DNA of 64,000 nucleotides from the human T2T-CHM13v2.0 reference genome, Homo sapiens. Location: assembly GCF_009914755.1 (NCBI RefSeq), contig NC_060940.1. One strand, given 5' to 3'. How positions within the stretch are numbered: the first letter of the stretch is position 1; each line of letters starts with the position of its first letter. The translations under genes were made by a program, and so were the position numbers. The notes beneath the pieces were generated by a model that had not been told where the DNA came from, searched no databases, and was given only the letters and a program-made list of their open reading frames with translations. Below, piece after piece: positions 41,101-54,200 of the stretch.

Positions 41101-44100
41101 GAAAACACTCTTTTTGTAAAATCTACAAAAGAACATTTTGGGGCACTTAGCCCTATAGTGAAAAAGCAAATACACCATGATAAAAACTAGAAACAAGCCA
41201 TATGTGAAAATGCTTTGCCATGTGTGGATTCCTCTCACAGAATTAATACTTTGTTTTTGTCCATCCAGTGGGGAATACAGTTTTTATAGCATCTATGAAG
41301 GAACATTTCAAAGCCCATTCAGGCAGATAGTGAAAAAATTAATATCCCATGATAAAAACTAGAAAAATGCTATCTGTGAAAATGCTTAACAATCTGTGGA
41401 GTCATCTCACAGAGTTAACCCTTTCTTTTGATTCAAGAGGATGAAAAGACTCTTTCTGTGAAAATCTACGAAGGGATATTTCAGAGCATACTGACAACTA
41501 TAAAAAAAAACATATCCCATAAAAAAAAAAAAACAGAAACAAGCTATCTGGGAAAAAATTCTTTGCAATGTGTGGATTCATCTCACAGAGCTAAACATTT
41601 GCTTTGGTTCAGCACATTGTAAACACAGTTTTTGTCACACTTGCCAAGGGACACTTTGGAGCCCTATCAGGCTGATAGTGAACAAATGAATATTTTGGGA
41701 CAAATGCTTTGCAATGTGATGGATTCGTCTCACTGAGTTAAACCTTAGTTTTGATTGAGCAGGTTAGAAACTCTTTTCTGGTAGAATCTATGAAGGGATA
41801 TTTTGAAGCCTAGTGAGGCTTATAGGGAAAAAGTGAATATGCTGCAATTAAAACTAGAAACAAGCTATCTGTCAAAACGCTTTGTCATGTGTGGATTCAT
41901 CTCACAGAGTCAAATATTTATTTTGATTCAGCAGGTTGGAAAGCCTCTTTTTGGAGAACCTACAAAGTTATACTTTGAAGACCATTGAGGCCTATAGTGA
42001 AAACAATGTACCCCATGCTCAAAAGTAGAAAAAAGCTGTTGGACAAAATGCTTCGCAATGTGTGGATACAATTCACAGACCTAAACCCTTGTTTTGACTC
42101 AGCAGGTTGTAAATACCTTTTTGTAGGATCTATGAAGGGGCATTCTGAAGCCCACTGTAGCCAATAGTGAAAAACTGAATATCACATGATTGAAAACTAG
42201 AAAAAAGCTATCTGTAAAAATCTTTTCTGATGTGTGGATTCATCTCAAAACTATAAACTTTATTTAGATCCAACAGGTTGTAAACCCTCTGCATGTAGAA
42301 TCTACAAAGAGACATTAGGAAGCCTATTGAGGCTTATAGTGAAAAACTGAATATCCTGCAATAAAAACTAGAAGCAAGCTGTACGAGAAAATGCTTTGCA
42401 ATCTGTGGATTCATCTTACAAAGTTAAACGTTTATTTTGATTCACCAGACTGGAAATACTCTTTTTGTAGAATCTATGAAGGGACATTTTGGAGCCCATT
42501 GAGGCCTATAGTTAAAAACTGAATGTCCTGCAAAATAACTAGAAACTAGCTGTGAAAATGCTTTGCAATGTGTTGATTCATTTGAGAGAGTTCAACCTTT
42601 TTTGGGGGGACAACTCTTTGTGTAGAATCTATGAAAAAACATTTCAAAGCCCATTGAGGTGAATAGTGAAAAACCAAATATCATGCAATCAAAATGAGAA
42701 AAAGATTATCTGTGAAAATGCTATGTGATGAGTGGATTCATCTCAAAAGTTAAGTCTTGGTTTTGATTCATCAGAATGGTAACCCTCTTATTGTAGAATC
42801 TATGAAGGGACATTTCGGAGCCCATTGAGCTTATAGCAGAAATCTAAATATCTCAGGATAAAAACTAGAAACTAGCTATCTGTGAAAATGCTTTATGATG
42901 TGTGGATTCATCTAATAAAGTCATACCTTGGTTTTGATTCAGCAGGTTGGGAACACTCTATTTGTAGAATCTATGAATGGACATTCAAAAGCCCATTGAG
43001 GCCAATAGTAAAATAAAACAAATATCACATGATAAAAACAAGAAACAAGCTACCTGTGAAAATGCTTTGCAATGTGTGGACTCATCTCAAATTGTTAAAT
43101 TTTGATTTTGATTAAGGAGTTTGGAAACACTCTTTTAGTAGAATATATGAAAGGACATTTCAAAGGCCTTTGAGGCTTTAGTAAAAACCTGAATATCCCA
43201 TGATAAAAAGAAGAAATAACCTATCTATGAAAATGCTTTATGATGCGTGGGTTCATCTCACGGAGTTAAACCTTAGTTTTGATTCAGCAGATTGGAAACC
43301 ATCTTTCTGTAGAATCTATGAAAGGACATTTCAGAGCCCCTTGAGACCTGTAGTAAAAAAAAACTGAATATCCCACGATAAAAACTATAAACAAACTATG
43401 TGGGAAAATACATTACGATGTGTGAATTCATCTCACAGACTAAACCCTTTCTTTAAGCAGGTTAGAAACACTCTTTTTGTAGAACCTATGAAGGGACATT
43501 TCAGAGCCCATTGTGGCCTATAGTGAAAAAACAAATATTTCTCGATAAACGCAGTAAAAAAAAACTATCTGTGAAAGTGCATTTTAATGTGTGGACTTAT
43601 CTCATGGAGTTAAACCTTCATTTCTGATCAGCTGGTTGGAAACACTTTTTTTGTAAACTCTACAAAGTGACATTTTGGAGCCCATTGAGACCAACAGTAA
43701 AAAACCAATTATCTGTGATAAAAACTAGAAATAAGCTATCAGTGAAAATGCTATGTGATTTGTTACATTCATCTCACAGAAGTAAACATTTATTTTGATT
43801 CACGAGGTTTGAAACATTCTTTTTGTAGAATTTACGAAGGGACATTTTGAAGTCCTTTGAGGCCTATAGTGAAAAAAAGAATATCCCACAATTAAAACTA
43901 GAAACAAGCTATCTGTGAAAATGCTTTGCAATGTGTAAATTCATTACACAGAGTTAAACTTTTATTTTGATGCAGCAAGGTGGAAATTCTCTTTTTGAAG
44001 TATATATGAAAGGGTATTTTGAAGCCCTTTAAAACCTATAGTGAGAAAATATCCCATGATAAAAACTAGAAACAAGCTATTTCTCAAAATGCTTCATGAT

Positions 44101-45214
44101 GTGTGGATTCAATTTGCATTGCTAAACTTTTTTTTGATTCAGCAGGTTGGAAACACTTTTTTTGTAGAATCTACAATGGGACTTTTTGGATCCCACTGAG
44201 GCTTACCGTGAAACTCTGAATATCCCAGGATAAAAACTAGAAAGAAGCTATCTTTGAAACTGCTTTGTGATGTGTGGATTCATCTCACAGAGTTATAGCT
44301 TTCTTTTGATTCAGTAGGTTGAAAACACTACTTTTATAGAATCTACAAAGGGACATTTCACGCACATTGAGGCCTATTGTGAAAAAAGAAATATCCCACA
44401 AAAAAACTAAACACACCCTCTGTGAAAATGCTTTGCAATCTGTGGATTCATCTCATAGAGTTAAACCTTTCTTTTGATTCTGCAGGATGTAAACACTTTT
44501 TGTAAAATCTACAAAGGGACATTTCAGAGCACATTGGCAACAAGAGAAAAATAACAAATGTCCCATGATAAAAACTAGAAACAAGCTATTCAGGAAAACG
44601 TTTTAGGATGTGTCTATTCATATCACAGAGTTAAACATTTGCTTTGGTTCAGCAAGTTGGAAACACTTTTTGTATCTTCTGTGAAGGGACATTTTGGAGC
44701 CCATTCTGGCCAACAGTGAAAAAATGAATATCCCACAATAAAAACTAGAAACAATCTTTCTGTGAAAATGCTTTGTGATGTGTGGATTCATCTCACTGAG
44801 TTAAACCTTAGTTTTGATTGAGCAGATTAGAAACACTTTTCTTGTAGAATTTACAAAGGGACATTTTGAAGCCTGTTGAGGCTTATGGGGAAAAACTGAA
44901 TATGCTGTGATAAAAACTAGAAACAAGCTATCTGCCAAAATGCTTTGTGATCTCACAGAGTTAAACATTTATTTTTATTCAGCAGGTTGGAAAACCTCTC
45001 TTTGTAGAAACTACGAAGTTATATTTTGGAGATCATTAAGGCCTATAGTGAAAAAATGAATATCCTGTGCTAAAAACTGGAAACAAGCTATTTGTCAAAA
45101 TGCTTTGCAATGTGTGGATTTGATTTGCAGACATAAATCTTTGTTTTGATTCAGCAGGTTGGAAGCACTCCTTTTGTAGAATACATAAAGTAACATTCCA
45201 AAGCCTATTGAAGC

Positions 45215-45280
45215 CATATGTAACAAACCTGTACATTGTGTACATGTACCCTAGAACTTAAAGTGTAATTTTAAAAAAAC
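45215..45280 (+). mobile_element. Extremely truncated L1PA 3' tip (~65 bp)
   Basis: 'catatgtaacaaacctgtacattgtgtacatgtaccctagaacttaaagtgtaat' is the L1PA 3' terminus. Confidence 0.85.
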
Positions 45281-47973
45281 CGAATAGCCCACAATAAAAA
45301 CCAGAAACAAGATATCTGTGAAAAAAAAATGTAATCTGTGGATTCACCTCATAAATTTAACCTCTATTTGGATTCAACAAGTTGGAAACCCTCTTCTTGT
45401 AGAATCTACAAAAAGACATTTGGGAGCCTATAGAGGACTACAAGGAAAAACTGAATATCTCACAATAAAAACTATAAACAAGCCATCTGTGAAAATGCTT
45501 TGCAATCTGTAAATTCATCTCACAGAGTTAAACATTTGTTTTGGTTCAGTAGGTTGTAAACACTAATTTGTAGAATCTATGGAGGGAAATTTTGGAGCCC
45601 ATTGAGGCCTATAGTTAAAAACGGAATGTCCCGCGATAAAGCTAGGAACAAGCTGTCTGTGAAAATGCTTTGTAATGTGTGGATTCATCTTACAGAGTTC
45701 AACCTGTGTTTTGATTTAGCAGGTTTGAACCACTCTTTTGGTAAAATCTATTAAAAAACATTTTCGAGCCCATCAAGGCAGATAGTGAAAAACCAAATAT
45801 CACATGATAAATACTGGAAAGTGGTTATCAGTGAAAATGCTATATGATGAGTGGATTCTTCTCACAAAGTGAAAACTTGGTTTTGATTCATCAGGTTGGA
45901 AAAACTCTTATTGTAGAATCTACAAAGGGACATTTTACAGCCCATTGAGTCCTATAATGAAAAACTGAATATCCCATGACAAAAACTAGAAAAAAGCTAT
46001 CTGTGAAAATGCTTTGTGATGTGTGGATTCATCTCATAGAGTAAAGCTTTGCCTTGATTCAGCAGGCTGAAAATACTCTTTTTGTAGAATTTACAAAGGG
46101 CCATTGTGAAGCCCATTGAGGCCTATAGTGACATTTTGAAGATGTTGAGCATACAGTGAAAATCAGATTATCCCACAATAAAAACTAGAAACTAGCTATC
46201 TATGAAAATCCTTTGAAATGTGTGGATTAATCTAATGAAGTCATACCTCTGTTTTCATTCAGCAGGTAGAAAACTCTAAATTTATAAAATCTACAAAAAG
46301 ACATTGTGTATCCCATTGAGGCCTATAGTAAAAAAACTGAGTATCACATGATAAAAACAAAAGACAAGCTATCTGTGAAAGCACTTTGTGATGTGTGGAC
46401 TCACCTCAAAGTGTTAAATTTTAGTTTTGGTTCAAGAGGTTGGAAACACATTTTTAAGTGTCTACAAAAGGACATTTCAATGCCCCTTGAGGCTCATAAT
46501 GAAAAACAGAATATCCCACGATAAAAAGAAGAAACAAGCTAGCTACGAAAATGCTTTGTGATGTGTGGATTCATTTCATGGAATTAAACCTTAGTTTTGA
46601 TTCAGCAGGTTGCAAACCATCTTTTTGTAGAACCTATGAAGGGACATTTTGGAGCACATTGAGGCCTGTAGGAAAAAAACAAATATCCTGCGATAAAAAA
46701 CTAGGAACAAGCTATGTGCAAAAATGCATTGTGATTTGTGAATTCATCTCACAGAGTGAAGCCTTTGTTTTGATTCAGCAGGTTAGAAACACTCTTTTTG
46801 TAGAATCTACGAAGGGACATTTGGAGCCCATTGTGGCCTATAGTGAAAAAAAAAAAAAAACAAATATTTCCTGATAAACACTATAAACAAGCTATCTTTG
46901 AAAATGCTTTGCAATGTGTGGATTCATTTCACTGAGCCAAACCTCTGTTTAGGTTCAGCATGTTGGAAACACTGTTTTTGTATAATCTATGAAGGGACAT
47001 TTCAGAGCTTATTGAGGCCAACAGTGAAAAACTGAATATTCCGTGATAAAAACTGGAAACAAGCTATCTGTTAAACTGCTTTGTGATTTGTGCATTCATC
47101 TCACAGAAGTAAACTTTTGCTTCGATTCAGCAAGTTGGAAACACTCTTTTTGTAGAATTTACAAAGGGCCACTGTGAAGCCCATTGAGGCCTATAGTGAA
47201 AAACAGAATATCCCATGATTAAAACTAGAAACAAGCTATCTGTGAAAATGCTTCATGATATGTAAATTCATCACACAGATTTAAACTTTTATTTTGATTC
47301 AGCAAGTTGGAAACACTCTTTTTGTAGAATATATGAAGGGACATTTCGAAGCTCTTTGAAACACATAGCGAGAAACAAAATATACTGTGATAAAAACTAG
47401 AAACAAGCTATTTCTCAAAATGCTTCACTATGTGTGTATTCAATTTGCAGAACTAAACTTTTGTTTGATTTAGCAGGTTGTAAATACTTTTTTTGTAGAA
47501 TCTATGAAGGGACATTTCAAAGCTTATTGAGACTGACAGTGAAAAACTGAATATCCCACAATAAAAACTAGAAACAACCTATTTGTGAAAATGCTTTGTG
47601 ATGTGTGCATTCATCTGACAGAGTTAAACCTTAGTTTATATTCAGAAAATTGGAATCGCTCTTTTTGTAGAATCCACAATGGGACATTTTGGAGTCCATT
47701 GAGACCTATAGTGAAAACCCAAATATACCACACTAAAAACTAGAAACGAGCTATCTGTGAAAATGCTTTTTGATCTGTGGATTCATTTCAGAGTTAAACC
47801 TTGGCTTTCATTCAGCAGGTTAGAATCCTTCTTGTTTAATAATCTATGAAGAGACATTTCATATCTCTTTGAGGCTTGTAGTGAACAACTGAATAACCAG
47901 CCATAAAAACTAGAAACAATCTATCTGTAAAAATGCTTTGCAATCTGTGGATTCATTTTATAAAGTCAAATCA

Positions 47974-48268
47974 TTTTTTTTTTTCCAGATGAAGCCTTAC
48001 TCTTGTCCTTCAGGCTGGAGTGCAATGGCACAATGTCAGCTTGCTGCAACCTCCACCTCCTGAGTTCAAGCAATTATCCTGCCTCAGCCTCCTGAGTAGC
48101 TGGGATTACAGGTGTCTGACACCACGCCCTACTAATTTTTGTATTTTAAGTGGAGATGGTGTTTCACCATGTTGGCCAGACTGGTCTCAAACTCCTGACT
48201 TCAGGTGATCTGCCCACCTCAGCCTCCCAAAATGCTGGGATTACAGGCATGAGCCACTGTGCCCAGTC
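47974..48268 (-). mobile_element. AluS (Sx/Sq-like) SINE, antisense
   Basis: Poly(T) followed by antisense Alu 'ctcctgacttcaggtgatctgcccacctcagcctcccaaaatgctgggattacagg'; TSD not clear. Confidence 0.88.
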
Positions 48269-51200
48269 TTTGCTTTTTATTCAGCAGGGTGGAAACCCTC
48301 TTTCTGTAGAATATATGAAGGAGCAACTCAGAGCCCATTAAGGGCTATAGTGAAAATTGAATATCCTGCAACAAAAACTAGAAACAAACTGTCTCTCAAA
48401 ATGGTTTGGATGTGTGCATTCATCTCACAGAGTTAAATATTTGTTTCTATTCAGCAGGTTAAAAACGCTCTTTTTGTAGAATCTACAAAGAAATATTTTG
48501 GAGCCCATTGAGTCCAATAGTGAAAAATCGAATAACCCATGACAAAAAATAGAAACAATCTATCTGTGAAAATGCTTTGTGATGTGTGGATTCATCTAAT
48601 AAAGTCACACCTTGGTTTTTATTCAGCAGGGTGGAAACCCTCTTTTTGTAGAATCTACAAAGGGACACTTTGGAACCCCTTGAGGCCTACAGTGAAAAAC
48701 CAAATAGCCTGCGATATAAACAACAAACAAGCTGTCTCTGAGAATGCTTTGTCATATGTGTTTTCATCTCATGGAGTAAAATTTTAGTTTTGATTCACCA
48801 GGTTGGAAATCCTCTTTTTGTAGAATCTACAAATGTATATTTCAGAGCACATTGAAGCCTATAGTGAACAACTCAATATCCTGTGAAAAAAACTAGAAGC
48901 AAGCTATCTATGAAGATGTTTTGCAAAATGTAGATTTATCTAAAAGAGTTAAATGTTTATTTTCATTCATCTGGTTGGAATTACTATTTTTATGAAAACT
49001 ATGTAGGGACCAAATATTCCATGATAAAACCTAGAAACAAGTTATCTGTGAAAATACTTTGTGATGTGTGGATTCACCTCATAGAGTTAAACCATTGTTT
49101 TGATTCAGCAGGATGAAAACACTTTTTATGAAGAATCTACAAAAGGGTCAATTGAGGCCTATAGTGAATAACTGAATAACTGTGTGATAAAAACTAGAAA
49201 CAAACGATCTTCAAAAATGGTTTATGATGTGTGGATTTATCTCACACTGTTAAAACTTTGTTTTGGTACAGCAGATTAAAAACACTTTTTGTAGAATCTA
49301 CAAGGTAACATTTCACAGCCAAATGAAGCCTATAGTGAAAAACTGAATATCCAATGATAAAAACTAGAAATAAGATACATGTGAAAACACCTTGTGATGT
49401 ATAGATTCATCAGAGAGTTAAAGCATTATTGTTATTCAGCAAGTTGGAAACACTCTATTTGTAGGATATACGAAAAGACATTTTGGACCCCTTGAGTCCT
49501 GTAGTGAAAAACCAAATATCCCATAATAAAAACTAGAAACAACCTATTAGACAAAATGCTTTGTGATGTGTGGACTCAATTTGCACAGCTAAACCTTTGT
49601 TTTGATCCAGCAGGATGAAAACAATCTTGTTGAATCTACGTAAGGACATTTCTGAGCCCATTGATGTCTATAATTAAAAACAAAATATCTCACATAAAAA
49701 CTAGAAACAAGCTATCTGTGAAAATGCTTTTCGATGTGTGGATTCATCTCACAGAGTTAAGCCTTTGTTTTGTTTCAGCAGACTGGAATCACACTTCTTT
49801 TAGAATCTGCGAAGGGACATTTTGGAGCCCAATGAGGCCTGTAGGGAAAAACTGAATATTCCACTATTACAACTAGAAAGAAGCTGTGTGTGAAAATGCT
49901 TTGTGATCTGTGAATTCATCTCACAGAGTTAAACCTTTTTTTTTTTTTTTGATGCAGCAAGAGGGGAAAACTCTGTTTGTAAAATCTATGAGGTGACATT
50001 TAAGAGCCTAATGAAGCCAATAGTGAAAAACCAAATGTCTCATGATAAAAACTAGGTAAAAGCTATCTGTGAAAATGCTTCGTGATGTGTGGATTCATCC
50101 CACAAAGTTAAAGCTCTCTTTTGATTCAGCAGGATGGAAACACTCTTTTTGAAGAATTTACTAAGGGACTTTTCAGAGCCAATTGAGGCCAATAGTGAAA
50201 AACCAAAAAACCCACGATAAAAACTAGAAACAAGCTATCTGTGAAAATGCTTTGCCATGTGTGGATTCATCTCATGAAGTTAAACCTTTATTTTGTTTCA
50301 GCAGGGTAAAAACAGTCTTTTTGTAGAATCTACAAAGTGACGTTTCAGAGCCTAATGAAGCCTATAGTGAAAAACTGAATATCCCTGATAAATACTAGAA
50401 ACAACCTATCTGTGAAAAGCCTTTGTGATGTGTAGATTCATCACATAGAGTTAAACCTTTATTTTGATTCAGCAAGTTGGAAACACTTTTTTTTTAGAAT
50501 ATATGAAAAGAGATTTTGGACCCCATTGAGTCCTATAGTGAAAAACCAAATTTCCCATTTTAAAACTAGAAACAAGCTATTTATAAAATTTCTTTGTGAT
50601 GTTTGAATTCAATTGGCAGAGCTAAACTTTTTTTAAATTCAGGATGTTGGAAATACTCTTTTTGTAGAATCTACGAAGGAATATTTTAAGCCCATTGTGG
50701 CCAGTAGTGAAAAATCGAATATTCTGCAATAAAAATTAGAAGCAAGCTATCTGTGAAAATGCTTTGCAATGTGTCGATTCATCTCCCAGAGTTAAATACT
50801 TATTTTCATTTAGCAGATTAGAAGCACTCTTTGTGTGGAATCTATGAAGGGATATTTTTGAAACCATTGCAAGCTATATTGTAAAACCAAATATTCCATG
50901 ATAAAAACTAGAAACATACTATCTGTGAAAGTGCTTAGCAATATGTAGATTCATATCACAGAGTGAAACCTTTGTTTTGTTTCAGTAGAATGAAAATACT
51001 ATTTTTGTAAAATCTACAAAGGGACATTTCAGAGCACATTTATACATTTTGAGAAAAAATGAATATCCTGCAATAAAAACTGGAAAGAAGCTATCTGTGA
51101 AAATGCTTTGTGATCTGTGAATTCATCTCACAGAGTTAAACATGTTTTTTTATGCAACATAATAAAAATACTGTTTTTGTAAAATCTGCAAAGGGACATT

Positions 51201-54200
51201 TCAGAGCACATTGACACCTATAGAGAAAAACCAAATATCCCATGATAAAAACTACAAACACGTTATCCATAAAACTGCTTTGTTATGTAAGGATTCATCT
51301 CACTGAGTTAAATTTAGCAGGTTTTGATTCAGCAGGTTTGAAACCATCTTTTTATAGAATCTACAAAGGAAGACTTCATAGCCCCTTGAGGCATATAGTG
51401 AAAAACAGAATATCTCATGATAAAAACTAGAAAGAAGCTATCTTTGAAAATGCTTTGGGATGCATGCATTTATCACACAGAGCTAAACGTTGGTTTTGAT
51501 TCACCCTATTGGAAAGACTCTTTATATAAAATCTGCAAAGGGATATTTCAGAGCTGATTGAGGCCAGTAGTGAAAAATCGAATATCACGTGTTGAAAAAC
51601 TAGAAACAAGCTATCTGTGAAAATGCTTTTCAATGTGTGGATTCATTGCACAGTGTTCAATATTGATTTTCATTCAGCAGGTTGCAAACACTGCTTTTGT
51701 AGAATTTACAAAGGGACATTTGGGAGCACATTGAGGCCAATAGTGAAAAATAAAATATCACACCTTAAAAACGAGAAAAAAGCTATGTGTGAAAATACAT
51801 TGCAATGTGTGGTTTCATCAGCAGAGTTCAAATTTTATTTTGCTTCAGCCAGTTGGAAAAACTCTTCTTGTAAAATCTATGAAAGGACATTTTGGAGCCC
51901 ATTGAAGCTGATGGTGTAAAACTGAATACACCATGATAATCACTAGAAACAAGATATCTGTGAAAATGCTTTGCGCTGTGTGGATTCATCTCACAGAGTT
52001 AAACCTTTCTTTTTATTCAGTAGGTTGGAAACACTCTCTGTGTACAATCTATGAAGGAACATTGTAGAGCCCATTGAGGCCTAGAGTGAAAATCCAAACA
52101 TCCCACAATAAATACTAGAAACAAGCTATCTGTGAAAATGCTTTGTGATGTATGTATTCATCTCACTGAATTAAACCTTAGTTTTGATTTAGCAGTTTGG
52201 AAATACTATTTTTGTAGAATCTACAAAGGGGCATTTCAAAGCCCATTGAGGCTTATAGTGAAAAACTTAATATCCTGCAATAAAAATTAGAAATAAGGTT
52301 TCTGTGAAAGTGCTTTGTGATGTCTCGATTCATCTCACAGAGTTAAATGATTATTTTCATTCAGCAGGTTGGAAGTGCTCTTTTTGTGAAATCTATGAAG
52401 GGACATTTCAGAGCCCATAGAGGCCTATATTGAAAATCCAATTATCCTGCAATAAAAACTGGAAACAAGCTATCTTTGAAAATGCTTTGTGATGTTTGTA
52501 TTCATCTCACCGAATTAAACTTTTGCTGTGGTTCAGTGGATTGGAAATACTCTTTTTGTAGAATCTACGTAAAGACATTTCGGAGCCAATGGAGGTCTGT
52601 AGTGAAAAAGGGAATATCTTCTGATAAAAACTAAAAACAACCTATCTGTGAAAATGCTTTGTGATGTGTGGATTCATCTTGCAGAGGTAAAACTTTGTTT
52701 TCATCAAGCAGTTTGGAAATACATAATTCTTTTTGGAGAATACATAAAGGGACATTTCAGAGACCATTGAGGCCTATGCTGAAAAACGAAATATCCCATG
52801 ATAAAAACTAGAAAGAAACTATTTGTTAAAATGCTGTGAATTGTGTGCATTCAATTCCCAGAGCTAAGCCTTTGTTTTGATTCAAAAGGTTGGAAACACT
52901 CTTCTTGTAGAATCTACAAAAGGACATTTCAAAACCCTTGGGTTTGACAGTTAAAAACCAAATATCCCGTGATAAAAACTAGAAACAACCTATCTGTGAA
53001 AATGCTTTGTGATGTGTGGATTCATCCCACAGAATTAAATATTGGTTCTGATTCAGCAGATTGGAAACCCTCTTTTTGTAGAATCTATGAAGGGACACTT
53101 CAAATCCCATTGAGGCTTATAGTGAGAAACTGAATATCCCATGATAAAAATTAGAAACAAGCTATCTGTTAAAATGCTTTATGATTTGTGGATTCATCTC
53201 ATATAGTTAAACCATTGTTTTGATTCAGCAGTTTGGAAACACTTTTTGTAGAATTATGAAGGGACATTTCAGAGACCTTTGATGGCTATAGTGAAAAACT
53301 GAATATACTGTGAGGAAAACTAGAAACAACTTATCTGTTAAAATTCTTAGTGATGTATGGTATAATGTCACAGAGCTACACCTTTGTTTTGATTCAGCAG
53401 GTTTAAAACACTCTTTTTTGTAGAATCTATGAAGGGACATTCCAGAGACCATGGAAGCAAACAGAAAAAAATCAAATATCCTGCGATGTAAACTAGAAAA
53501 ATGTTATCTGTGAAAATGATTTGTGATGTGTGGATTTGTCTCACAGAGTTTAACCTTTGTTTTAATTCAGAAAATTTGAAACACTGTTTTTCTGGAATCT
53601 ACAAAGGGACATTTCAGAGCCCATTGAGGCATATAGTGAAAAACTTAATGTCCCGTGATAAAAATTAGAAACAAACTATCTGTGAAAATGCTTTGTGATG
53701 TGTGGATTCATCTCATACAGTTAAACTTTTGTTTTGATTCAGCAGGTTGGAAACACTTTTTGTAGAATCTACAAAGGGACATTTCAGAGACCTTTGATGG
53801 CTATACTGAAAAACCGAATACTCTGCGATGAACTAGAAACAACTAATCTGTTAAGATTCTTTGTAATGTGTGGATTAATCTCACAGAGTTAAACTTTGTT
53901 TTGATTCAGCAGGTTTAAAACACTCCTTTTGTAGACTCCATGAAGGGATATTTCAGAGCCCATGGAGGCACACAGAAAAAAAATGAATATCCTGAAATAA
54001 AAACCTGAAAAAAAGCTATCTGTGAAAATGCTTTGCGATGTGTGGATTCATCTTACAGAGTTAAACCTTTATTTTGATTCAGAAAATTGGAAACACTCTT
54101 TTTGTAGAATATACAAAGGGACATTTTGGATCCCATTGAGGCGTATAGTGAAAAACGTAATATTCCATGATAAAAACTAGAAACGAACTATCTGTGAAAA

